Below, one piece after another: positions 15,635 to 24,461 of a stretch of DNA of 31,716 nucleotides. The notes beneath the pieces are model-generated. The model did no database searches. It saw only the letters and a list, made by a program, of their open reading frames with translations, and was not told the origin of the DNA. Both the position numbers and the translations under genes were made by a program. Position 1 is the stretch's first letter, and the number at the start of each line of letters is the position of its first letter. This DNA is from a virus (taxonomy: Duplodnaviria; Caudoviricetes). The DNA is taken from positions 1-31,716 of the IMG/VR virus record IMGVR_UViG_3300020044_003991. One strand, written 5' to 3'.

Positions 15635-15752
15635 ATGATAGTTGTATTGGTTGCAGTTCTAGTATTCTACCGCCTTGCTTAAATAACAGATCTGCAACGG
15701 ATGTACTCACGTTGACTTTAATTTGACCGTCTGGCATTACGATACGATTCAC
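15543..15752 (-). CDS. small basic-tailed hypothetical protein
   Basis: GTG start 4 nt after a TAACTTTG box; overlaps the scaffold start; ends PKPRRKRNAR... Confidence 0.45.
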   Translation of the reverse strand: MNRIVMPDGQIKVNVSTSVADLLFKQGGRILELQPIQLSYADQTGRSTGTSEIPKPRRKRNARSSEGKV

Positions 15753-15756
15753 AGTT

Positions 15757-15764
15757 CAAAGTTA
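15757..15764 (-). promoter_or_regulatory. -7 promoter element upstream of scaffold region
   Basis: TAACTTTG in the short intergenic gap. Confidence 0.5.
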
Positions 15765-15768
15765 TAAA

Positions 15769-16683
15769 TTATTCCGGATTATAAAAACCTTGAGCCTCTG
15801 CCCGTGCTTTTACCGTTTCGGGAACTAATCTCGTAAGCACAGGAACAACAGCATGTCTGCAATTCCAACCACCGGGAAGATCAAAGATAGTTGAGGCGTT
15901 TGTCCAATCTGCACGACCTGCCCATTCGCCATCTACTATGTCATCCAAACCGCCTGCATTCTTGCCATTTCCCCATGCCTCGTATTCTTTGCGATGCCAA
16001 ATCTCGCCTTCACGATGTTGGCAAAATTCGCGTGTTGTTGGTATCTCACCGCCAACGTATTTGAAAAACTCAGCCCCGATAATATCATTTGCCGTCCGAG
16101 AATACGCCCCAACTGTTAACCCTGATGCCGTTAATGCAACCGTTTTAATATGCTTAACTAACTTGCCGTCTAGATCATTAGTACCAATAACAACCGTTTC
16201 AAGTGCTTTGATCGTGTCTGATAACGAAGATTTTGAACCTAAGTTAAGTGTCAATGCTTCGACAAATTGAGTATTAACATCCCTTAAACCGTAGCCAAAC
16301 AAAGAATCAATCACATTCTTTTTCATTAATGCAAGTAGATTTTTCTGTGCTTTCGTTGGTTCGAAGTTTGAATCAATCTTCTGAGCGATTTCAGTAGTCA
16401 ACTCAACACCTTTATCAATTGAACTTAGGAATGTTTTAACTGCATCTTGGTATTCTTTACCACCTAGCAGTTGATTAAGTTTGTCCGCAATGATTCCAAT
16501 TCGTTCAATGTTCGCATTCGTTTGTGAAATGTTGCCATTCGAATCAACATCCATTTTTTGGATTAACGGCAACAGTTCACGCCATGCTTTTGCTTGTGCC
16601 TTTTGAGCCGCCGTAGCAAGCTCATCGGGCGCATCCTCAAAGGTTTTTATCTTCTGTTTTACCAGTTCGTCAAACGATGCCAT
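15769..16683 (-). CDS. head morphogenesis / minor capsid protein (MuF/SPP1 gp7-like)
   Basis: YVGGEIPTTREFC and GGWNCRHAVVPV motifs; directly after portal. Confidence 0.8.
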   Translation of the reverse strand: MASFDELVKQKIKTFEDAPDELATAAQKAQAKAWRELLPLIQKMDVDSNGNISQTNANIERIGIIADKLNQLLGGKEYQDAVKTFLSSIDKGVELTTEIAQKIDSNFEPTKAQKNLLALMKKNVIDSLFGYGLRDVNTQFVEALTLNLGSKSSLSDTIKALETVVIGTNDLDGKLVKHIKTVALTASGLTVGAYSRTANDIIGAEFFKYVGGEIPTTREFCQHREGEIWHRKEYEAWGNGKNAGGLDDIVDGEWAGRADWTNASTIFDLPGGWNCRHAVVPVLTRLVPETVKARAEAQGFYNPE

Positions 16684-18812
16684 TAATTAGGTATTTCGTT
16701 GGCTGCTACACTACCCGGTTGAACAGGGTCAATGATGTCGTTAATCTGCTGATCGGTAAGAGTTGGGAATGCAGCCTTAATAACCGCTTTTCCTGTGTCT
16801 TTTGGATAAACACCCGTAGCAACACTATTCAGAATGTCATTCAGCGACTGAACTTGCGCACCGTTCAATGCAGTTGAAGCCACATCGCCACCACTATCAA
16901 CAGTTCCGGTATTTGCCAACTCAATTAATTTGTTTTGAGCAACCTCAATCGGATCAAGTGTTTTATAAACCTTGTCAGATGCCAACTGATTTAACTGATT
17001 TATTTGATCTTGGATAGGCAAATCAATGAATTTAGGTGCATCCGCAGTCGGTTCGTGGTTACGTATCAACTCCATTATCAGTTGAGGTGCTGATTGATGC
17101 AAAACGTCCTGCCATTTCTCAATCATGCCCAACCCAATACGGGCAATGATATCAGATGAGTTCATCAACAACAAATCGTCCGCATTCATAATCAGTTCAA
17201 AGATTGCAGAACTTTCATCGTCTGTGTAATTGATTGCTTTAATGTAGTTATACACATTCGAATAAGTAACTGCCGGCGGAACTCCTGCCTTAACACCCTC
17301 AGCAATAATTGAAAGATAGTCAGACGGTGTGCTGATATCGAACGTCGTTGGATAAACCAAAGTAACGCCGCCAAAATACTCACCGTAACGCATTTTGCCC
17401 ATCGTAACGAGCATGAACTCATAAATAGTAAACAACTGATCAGATATTGGCTTTAAAAACGCATACAACGCCCTCATCTTATTTAATGATCCTGTTGCGG
17501 TTTGTGATTCACCGATTGAAGCTGCTGCATCTGATGACGGCAAATGAAGTATCTCACGCGATTTCTTGAAGTTTGCGTCTATTTCATCTCTTAGAAATTT
17601 AAGCGTATCCATTGAAGGAGAAACAAACTTGACGTAATCCCCACTCAATCCCGAATCGCCTTCTGATAGTGATGTTTTCGGCTTGATTAACAGCATACCG
17701 CTTGGAGAAAACCTAGACTTTAAACCACTACCACCGCAAGATGGACAGGTACGGTAGCCGCCATTGACTGAATCAAATATCTGCCCGTTCGAACAGTTGC
17801 TGCCAGATGAATCGGTAAATTCGCACACCTCACCAAGTGCGACCATGAACGGGAATGCGCTTGTTGCTTTTGTTAAAGAAAGATAAGATTCATCATTAAT
17901 GATTTGATCCAATAAAGGTACTGAGGTAATAAACGGACTTTGAAACAACAGTTCGTTATTAATAAACTGAGGCGTTCCCATCAACCGGATGCACGGAACA
18001 TAACCTAAATCATGCTGAAAGTAAACAACAGGTTCGGCAAACTTCATATCTGATTTCTTGCCGGTTTGTTCAATGCGATAAATGTACTCATCATCGTATA
18101 ATTCAAGAATAATTCCTTCTTCTCTTTTTGAATTGCCCGATTGCACGTAGCTTTTTTCATCCGAGATAACAAGAAAGTACTCATCAATTTTCATCCCTAC
18201 GATACTAACACACGGATAGTAATAAGGCATAGGATCAACGAGGTTATTTGTCAATCTGATTTCTTCCCCGTCTGTTTCCGTTTCAATGTCATCAGGTTTA
18301 ATCGCAATAATCCCATTCGGATCGGTCAGCTTTAGAGTTGGCAAAAGTGATTTGGTGAACGCTTCCAACGAACCGAATAAACGAATCTCTTTGTTTACAT
18401 AGTTCTGAAATGTTTCATCTTCAAACCGCCCGTCTGTTTCCTCGTTATATTTTACAGACCAATTCTGATCAGCAAACGCCCGGCTAATTGTCGCTCTGAA
18501 ATCTTCAAAAACATTCAACGTGTTCGGCTTGTAGTTTGCCCGAATGTACTCAGCTTGTTCTTTTGTTTGATTCGGTGCGCGAACAGCTAAAACCTTTTCC
18601 GGAAATACATCAGCACGTGAATGAGGTAATATAGCCTCGTACATCATAGCGGCGTAATTGTACCCGTCCCAATATTCGGGATATTGATAAGCCGTGTTAT
18701 ACTTCTTTTCAATCGGGTTGTAAGTTGACTTTGCTCGTTCAGATTCCCAAGTCTTTCGCTTGGCTACGAACTTTGCAACGATTCGGTTAATGTCGTTTAT
18801 ATCTAGTGCCAT
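16683..18812 (-). CDS. portal protein (start corrected to ATG 18812)
   Basis: About 709 aa upstream of MuF/scaffold/capsid genes; internal Cys motif CPSCGGSG; C-terminal ALNGAQ...AAFP helical extension. Confidence 0.75.
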   Translation of the reverse strand: MALDINDINRIVAKFVAKRKTWESERAKSTYNPIEKKYNTAYQYPEYWDGYNYAAMMYEAILPHSRADVFPEKVLAVRAPNQTKEQAEYIRANYKPNTLNVFEDFRATISRAFADQNWSVKYNEETDGRFEDETFQNYVNKEIRLFGSLEAFTKSLLPTLKLTDPNGIIAIKPDDIETETDGEEIRLTNNLVDPMPYYYPCVSIVGMKIDEYFLVISDEKSYVQSGNSKREEGIILELYDDEYIYRIEQTGKKSDMKFAEPVVYFQHDLGYVPCIRLMGTPQFINNELLFQSPFITSVPLLDQIINDESYLSLTKATSAFPFMVALGEVCEFTDSSGSNCSNGQIFDSVNGGYRTCPSCGGSGLKSRFSPSGMLLIKPKTSLSEGDSGLSGDYVKFVSPSMDTLKFLRDEIDANFKKSREILHLPSSDAAASIGESQTATGSLNKMRALYAFLKPISDQLFTIYEFMLVTMGKMRYGEYFGGVTLVYPTTFDISTPSDYLSIIAEGVKAGVPPAVTYSNVYNYIKAINYTDDESSAIFELIMNADDLLLMNSSDIIARIGLGMIEKWQDVLHQSAPQLIMELIRNHEPTADAPKFIDLPIQDQINQLNQLASDKVYKTLDPIEVAQNKLIELANTGTVDSGGDVASTALNGAQVQSLNDILNSVATGVYPKDTGKAVIKAAFPTLTDQQINDIIDPVQPGSVAANEIPN

Positions 18813-18925
18813 TACGCAGCGAGTTTTACAGGTAAATTCAATGGGCGCATGATAGTTGCCCCTGCCCAATTTGAGCCGCATTTCTTACCACCGCAATTAT
18901 TTGGAATGAGTTTTATCGTTTTCAT
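18812..18925 (-). CDS. 37 aa peptide (not in ORF track)
   Basis: MKTIKLIPNNCGGKKCGSNWAGATIMRPLNLPVKLAA*; ATGA overlap upstream and TAATG overlap with portal. Confidence 0.55.
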   Translation of the reverse strand: MKTIKLIPNNCGGKKCGSNWAGATIMRPLNLPVKLAA

Positions 18926-19440
18926 CGTTTCAGTATTGCCAACCCCCGATCAAATGGAGTGTTGAGATTAAGTAAATTATAGCCGAATGAATAGGCGTAA
19001 GTCATCAAGTCTTTAACGTCTGCAATGTGGATAGAATCGTGATAACAAAGCAATCCTCCATCGGCAAGTAAAGGTTCAATCAGTTTAAATTCGGGCAGGA
19101 TATGTTCCCAATGGTGCATCGAATCAACGAAAATCAAATCGAAGTGTTTAGTTGGTAATTTCTTCAATGCAGATAACGAACTTTCCTTAATGAAATCAGC
19201 AACCTTGCCCTTTTTATTTGCATTATCAAAAGCCTTTTCAGCCTCAATCGTTCTGTAATCTTCAATATCAATACCTACAAAATAACCGCCCTGAGGTAAT
19301 GCTTGAATAAGTTGCTTACTTGTCGCACCTTGAAATACACCAACTTCCAAAACAGTCTTTGCCTTAGTTAATCGAATTAATGAAGCAAGTGTTTCACCTA
19401 CCTCAATTTCACTATTCCAACCTGATAAATCTTCAGCCAT
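18922..19440 (-). CDS. class I SAM-dependent (O-)methyltransferase, Methyltransf_24-like
   Basis: VLEVGVFQGAT, FDLIFVDSMH and GGLLCYHD motifs. Confidence 0.88.
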   Translation of the reverse strand: MAEDLSGWNSEIEVGETLASLIRLTKAKTVLEVGVFQGATSKQLIQALPQGGYFVGIDIEDYRTIEAEKAFDNANKKGKVADFIKESSLSALKKLPTKHFDLIFVDSMHHWEHILPEFKLIEPLLADGGLLCYHDSIHIADVKDLMTYAYSFGYNLLNLNTPFDRGLAILKR

Positions 19441-20017
19441 TTAAAACCTGTTTACACTTGTTAATAAACATATCCGTATTATTCATTCTTGATTCAAACG
19501 CATGGTAGATACCGCCTTGATAAGTTGTGCCTAGTCCGAATGTCGAGTTTGTGCCTAAGTCCCATTTCGGAACTTCGCAGCTAACCGGAAACAGCATTTC
19601 AATCGGTCTTTCATTTAGTTCGAATGCCCGTGTAACTCGCCCGGCAACATCGTTGAACTCATTCGGCATAAATGATGGTTGACCGCACGCCCTCCATTCA
19701 CTTGCCTTGATTCGCATAAAGAAAGGTGAAACGTACATCGGCTTGCCATCAATGTGATTAGCCTGTTGAGCGCACCCGAATAAATCAGCGTGTGAGGTTG
19801 GCAAATTCTTAACAGTTGGTATGCAATCAATATCCCAAATGTAAATCGTTTCAAATGGTGAGGTTTGCAGAAAATTATCAATAGCCTCGCCGTGTTGTAA
19901 TACCGTTTCGATTTGATGCAAGTCAATACTGAACTTATTGAATACAGCCAATTGATGACGTGGGATTCTTGGATCTAAATTCCCGTTGTGAAAAGATATG
20001 TGAACCGGCTCGCTCAT
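19433..20017 (-). CDS. putative GT-A fold glycosyltransferase
   Basis: HGEAID...IYIWDIDCIP (DxD motif), DVAG, late YH motif. Confidence 0.62.
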   Translation of the reverse strand: MSEPVHISFHNGNLDPRIPRHQLAVFNKFSIDLHQIETVLQHGEAIDNFLQTSPFETIYIWDIDCIPTVKNLPTSHADLFGCAQQANHIDGKPMYVSPFFMRIKASEWRACGQPSFMPNEFNDVAGRVTRAFELNERPIEMLFPVSCEVPKWDLGTNSTFGLGTTYQGGIYHAFESRMNNTDMFINKCKQVLNG

Positions 20018-21222
20018 AAGTATTCAAATTCAGGATTAACAAGATTTAACCACTTAACACGGTTAGCGTCAAGATTGGCGTAAGTAATTTCTTCACTTAT
20101 CTTCAAAGCCTTAACCGATTCATCAACTTGAATTACGCCTACGCCCCAATCGGTGTTTAATACTTTCATTGAGTAGCCGCCTAATTGCCGAAGTTCAACC
20201 CATGCCTTCCAACAATCGCCCGTCCAGTTCATTTCTCCTGCTGCTTCAAATGGAATAATTTGATTTGCCTCTGTTGGTGGATTCATGTCGTGACATACAA
20301 TAGTACCGCCTTTGTTTAAAATGTGAATCGAATTGAAGATATCTTTAAACACTTGATCAGCATGATGTAAGCCATCAATAAACACGATATCATAATCCCA
20401 TTGATTCGCAGCAAAGAACAGATCAGAAGTCATCGTATGCGTTGCCTTTGCATTTGGATCAGGATCAACACCCGTCTTTAAATCGCATTCGATTAAGTTG
20501 AAATTATCGTTTGGATTCCGTACTCCGATTTCCAAATAAGATTTGTATCCGTTCTTTTTAATTAAGTGATTTATAATGTCCGTTCTTGTCATATTTATGG
20601 ATGAGGTAAATTTACCGCTTAAATGAATTTTAAAGTTACGGTCTTTCGATGCGTATTTATCTTCGTTACCGTGAAATTCGTTACGTCCGGAATCTTCGTG
20701 TGATAGGTTTTCAATCAGGTTAGGTGAGAACTTATAATGAGTTAAATCAGAATGCGACAATCGTTCGTACATATTGAAGTCATCATAACCCCAGCCTTCA
20801 AATAGTTCGTTGTAACCTCTGACCGCTTCGAAGTCATTTCGGTAAACGAACAAACATCCACAACCATTCCACGGCGGTTCAACCAATCCTGTTAAGAAAG
20901 AACCTAACTCCAATTTAGCCAACTCCGATTCAATAAATTGAGGCATTAAGATAGTATCAGCATCAAGAAATAAAAGAACTTCGCCTGTTGAATGCCTCGC
21001 CCCAAAGTTCCGTGCTTTGCATAAGTTCCAATAATCAGCAGGAACATTTGCCTTCACGTAATTAACTCCAATCGAATCACAGTAACCGCTTGTGTTCTCC
21101 GGGCAATTATAATCAACAACAACCACCTCAATATTTTCATACGTCTGATTTAATACCGTTGGCAAGCATTGTTTTAACTGCTCCAATCGTCCTTTGCACG
21201 GTATAATGACAGATACTTTCAT
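20014..21222 (-). CDS. GT2/GT7-like glycosyltransferase fused to SAM-dependent methyltransferase
   Basis: VSVIIPCKGR, ARNFGA, LFLDAD, GYNELFEGWGYDD; then SYLEIGV, DIVFIDGLH, GGTIVCHD. Confidence 0.88.
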   Translation of the reverse strand: MKVSVIIPCKGRLEQLKQCLPTVLNQTYENIEVVVVDYNCPENTSGYCDSIGVNYVKANVPADYWNLCKARNFGARHSTGEVLLFLDADTILMPQFIESELAKLELGSFLTGLVEPPWNGCGCLFVYRNDFEAVRGYNELFEGWGYDDFNMYERLSHSDLTHYKFSPNLIENLSHEDSGRNEFHGNEDKYASKDRNFKIHLSGKFTSSINMTRTDIINHLIKKNGYKSYLEIGVRNPNDNFNLIECDLKTGVDPDPNAKATHTMTSDLFFAANQWDYDIVFIDGLHHADQVFKDIFNSIHILNKGGTIVCHDMNPPTEANQIIPFEAAGEMNWTGDCWKAWVELRQLGGYSMKVLNTDWGVGVIQVDESVKALKISEEITYANLDANRVKWLNLVNPEFEYL

Positions 21223-22172
21223 TTCTTATTATCAGCGTGTTTGTACTTAGTTATCTTCTCAATAAAAAACTCATGTGTAATTCCAACCTTGCTTAAATCT
21301 CGCCTTAATATTCTATCAATCCATTCGGTGTAAAATAGCGGAGTAAACCGAACGCCGCCGTAATAAGATTGAAGATAAAAGTTTTCGATCACTTCCTCGT
21401 ATGTGAGTGAACGCCTCATCGCAAAGTGAATAAAGCCGGATTCAGATTTGCCAACTCGCCCGTCGTTTTTAAAACCGGGATCGTGTCCAAGTTTAGCCAA
21501 TGCAATGTTCATGTAAAGTTCATCAGGCTGACCGTTGCCCCATCGCATCCGCAGTTTATTAACCGGTATTGGATTTTGAAATAACTCAAATGCGGTTTCA
21601 TAAAGTTTCTTTGACTCATCCGATTTAACAATGAATTGCATGCTGCTGTTTATCGCCGGAAGTATTGCTTTATCGGATAAGTTGTATTGCTTCCAGATAT
21701 CGTCTGCCCATGCCCATTGCATTGTCGGAATATCTCTGCCTTGTTTAATCGTGTGATAGCCGACCGTGTGCGTAACGTAATATTTATTAGCACCGATCAA
21801 TTCATTAATCATTGGCTGCAAATCCTTTAATGCGATTGCGTCCACATCTAAGTAAAGATTGTAATCGAAAGGAAGGTACTTGTATAAAGAGAGTTTCAAC
21901 TTAGCAGGGTCAAACCTTTTATCTGTTGAAAGGTCGTTAATGTCAATTTGAGAAATCGAATCGAAGTAATCGCAGTTGTAAACAGCACCACGTAATGAAT
22001 CAGGATCGTCTGTAAATACTGCAATTTTAATATTCGGGTTATGGTATTTAATTGAAAACGCAAGATTGAATGTTGCCCAATAATAAGCCGTCTTACCGAA
22101 CGCAAAAAGGACTACACCCGAAGTTTGCACCTCAGATGTAGCCTTCTGTTTGATTTGCTTTTTCTCAGCCAT
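21219..22172 (-). CDS. putative GT-A fold (GT8-like) glycosyltransferase
   Basis: LAFSIKYHNP, KLSLYKYLPFDYNLYLDVD (DxD), INSS and DE motifs. Confidence 0.75.
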   Translation of the reverse strand: MAEKKQIKQKATSEVQTSGVVLFAFGKTAYYWATFNLAFSIKYHNPNIKIAVFTDDPDSLRGAVYNCDYFDSISQIDINDLSTDKRFDPAKLKLSLYKYLPFDYNLYLDVDAIALKDLQPMINELIGANKYYVTHTVGYHTIKQGRDIPTMQWAWADDIWKQYNLSDKAILPAINSSMQFIVKSDESKKLYETAFELFQNPIPVNKLRMRWGNGQPDELYMNIALAKLGHDPGFKNDGRVGKSESGFIHFAMRRSLTYEEVIENFYLQSYYGGVRFTPLFYTEWIDRILRRDLSKVGITHEFFIEKITKYKHADNKK

Positions 22173-22711
22173 TAGCTAAAAATACCGGTCGGTGCAGTAT
22201 ATTGAGTAGGAATATTTTTATCCCTCCACGATAACGTAGCCTCGTACCGTTGCAATTCGTTGTTTTGCTCTGGGAAGATAAAGTTAGCAGAGGTTGTAAT
22301 GGCTCCCGGAGGATTGATGAAAATCACCTTACCAGAATCACAAGAGTAAGCTAGTACCCACGCAATTTTGCGGTTATTTAAATCATTCCAAAAGTCATTA
22401 TTTCCATCTGTCACATTACCATCGTAGAGCGTTGCAGTTCTGTCCTCATTAATTCTGATCTGTGAGCCGCAGCCAACAGGTGAATCAACTAAGACAGGAG
22501 AACCTGCCGGCATACCAAACCGAATGTCAGAAATTAACCGAGCAGTTCCTGCGTCTAATAACGCTTGTACTTCTTCGGCATTTGATGGATCGGCTAAAGT
22601 AGTTCCGCAGCTTCCGATAATTACACTTGGCGAACCTCCGAGTTTATACTCGCCGCAATTGACGAGGTCGTGTTCAAGTAGTGCTTCATCGCAATAAGAA
22701 ACGCATCCCAT
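22172..22711 (-). CDS. probable major tail (tube) protein
   Basis: 179 aa acidic beta-rich protein with its own promoter-like leader, at the end of the tail cluster. Confidence 0.55.
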   Translation of the reverse strand: MGCVSYCDEALLEHDLVNCGEYKLGGSPSVIIGSCGTTLADPSNAEEVQALLDAGTARLISDIRFGMPAGSPVLVDSPVGCGSQIRINEDRTATLYDGNVTDGNNDFWNDLNNRKIAWVLAYSCDSGKVIFINPPGAITTSANFIFPEQNNELQRYEATLSWRDKNIPTQYTAPTGIFS

Positions 22712-22789
22712 TTTAAAAATGTATTAGGTAATTATTACTCCATGTTGCATAGGTCGGAGATAACACCTACGGGTTGCATTAAGACGGCA

Positions 22790-22797
22790 CTAAGATA
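22790..22797 (-). promoter_or_regulatory. variant -7 element for tail tube / glycosyltransferase genes
   Basis: TATCTTAG (one mismatch to TAnnTTTG) in the intergenic gap. Confidence 0.4.
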
Positions 22798-22802
22798 CTA
22801 AT

Positions 22803-24461
22803 TTAATTAAATCCAAAATATTCACCGTCTTGAAAAATAAACGGATTAGTATCTTGGAAAATCTTATCCTCAATCACAGGTTCGGGAACGGGTGTACAAT
22901 CGGTTGATTCGGCAGCACATTGAACCTTTTGAACTTTGGTATTCTTTTCAATTAGTTCGATATCAAGTCTGCCCAACTTATTGTCGGCATCGTTCCATTC
23001 GATTGCAGGAAATTCAGCATCAGCCGGGAAGTATTTTGTGCCGTTAATATTCACGTTATCGAAAAAGAACGCGATTGAAAGGAAGTCAAGTAAGTATTCA
23101 GGCAAACGTCCGAAGTGAAATGACCACGACTTTAACCGATCGGCATAGGCTGTGATTGAACGACCTGAAGCAAAACGGAATGTATCAGCATCGACCTTGT
23201 ATTTTGGATTACGTTTCAATCCCTCAACTCTTAACTCAGGTGCAAATCCTGATTCACCAAACGCAAATCCAAATTGATTATACGTGTTGCATGCTGTTAA
23301 CTTTAAGTAGGTGCAATCGTTATCATAATTCCCGACCGAAAGAATGGGCGAAAACAAATCGTACTCAATATCGGCAGGATTCGGATAGGCTTGAACTGAA
23401 TTTAAAACAGCAGAAGCGGAAATGATTGAAGTAGCTGAAGCCTTAACTCCAAATGTAGTGTCACCTGTACCGACTGTGAGAACGAATGTGTGTACTCCTG
23501 TTGTACTTACGAATGCAGGAACACAGCTTGAACCAGTCCCGGCAACAACCGAGATAGCACAATCAGCAATCGAAGCAATGTCAACAGTTACGTTATAAGA
23601 TACGCCCTCACAAAGCTCTAAACCGGTTCGGTTAAACATTGTCGAACTTGCATCTCCTGCAAAAGTCCATGTTGCCTGCGATGTTGCGATTGTCCATTGA
23701 CCTTCAGAGCGATCCCAACCGTAATCATTTTCGAAGCCGGGATAAACTAATCCGAATTGACCACATGAGTTATCGCATGGATCGGCTATTGCTAACCGGT
23801 AACATCCCGTGCCGATTTCTTGATTTTGAACTGCAAGGTGTACCGTTACCTTGTCGCTGATTACGGATGAATCAGTAATTGTAACATCCGAAACATACTC
23901 ACCTGATTCGTCCACCCATGCCATTGCTAAACCTGTTCCGGCGGCATACACCTGTGGTTCATTGAAGCATCCGACAAATGAAATAGAGGTAAAGAAAAGG
24001 TCAATCGAAAGATTCCCATTTACAAAGAAGTTGGTTGATAAATAGAACTCGTATGTTCCGGCTGTGTAAATCGTGTAAGTTGTGCCGGCAGATAAAAAAA
24101 CAGTAATTGAACCTTGCGTCATCGAGGTAACAACAACAACAACTTTGAAAGTAATGAATCCGATATTCGATGAGGTTCGTGGATCGAAATTCCAAACGAA
24201 TGTTCCTTCTTGAAGATCAGGATCGGATTGAAATGTAGAACAGATTTCACCGTCATCGTAAGTCCAGTTATTCGGCTCATCACCTAGCGAACCCGTGCCG
24301 TCTAATTCAACGCCACATACTGGTGCTTGTACCTGAAAATAAATATCATCGTTAAAATCAACTATCTGTTTGTATTCCGCAGGATCGCAAAAGCAATTCG
24401 ATTCTATTTCTTCAAGTGTTTCAAAGAGTATCGGCTGATTCGGTATGGATGTATAACTCAT
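22803..24461 (-). CDS. tail tip / baseplate protein with inserted carbohydrate-binding-like domains
   Basis: 552 aa acidic, downstream of tape measure; two beta-sandwich-like inserts; C-terminal KIFQDTNPFIFQDGEYFGFN. Confidence 0.6.
   Translation of the reverse strand: MSYTSIPNQPILFETLEEIESNCFCDPAEYKQIVDFNDDIYFQVQAPVCGVELDGTGSLGDEPNNWTYDDGEICSTFQSDPDLQEGTFVWNFDPRTSSNIGFITFKVVVVVTSMTQGSITVFLSAGTTYTIYTAGTYEFYLSTNFFVNGNLSIDLFFTSISFVGCFNEPQVYAAGTGLAMAWVDESGEYVSDVTITDSSVISDKVTVHLAVQNQEIGTGCYRLAIADPCDNSCGQFGLVYPGFENDYGWDRSEGQWTIATSQATWTFAGDASSTMFNRTGLELCEGVSYNVTVDIASIADCAISVVAGTGSSCVPAFVSTTGVHTFVLTVGTGDTTFGVKASATSIISASAVLNSVQAYPNPADIEYDLFSPILSVGNYDNDCTYLKLTACNTYNQFGFAFGESGFAPELRVEGLKRNPKYKVDADTFRFASGRSITAYADRLKSWSFHFGRLPEYLLDFLSIAFFFDNVNINGTKYFPADAEFPAIEWNDADNKLGRLDIELIEKNTKVQKVQCAAESTDCTPVPEPVIEDKIFQDTNPFIFQDGEYFGFN

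Noticed and set aside
18813-18881. ORF-track N-terminal extension of the portal
   Set aside because: The region is better explained by a coupled 37 aa ORF ending in TAATG at the portal ATG.
18922-22172. Host polysaccharide locus or prophage boundary
   Set aside because: The genes overlap phage structural genes on both sides, with no flippase, polymerase or sugar-synthesis genes.
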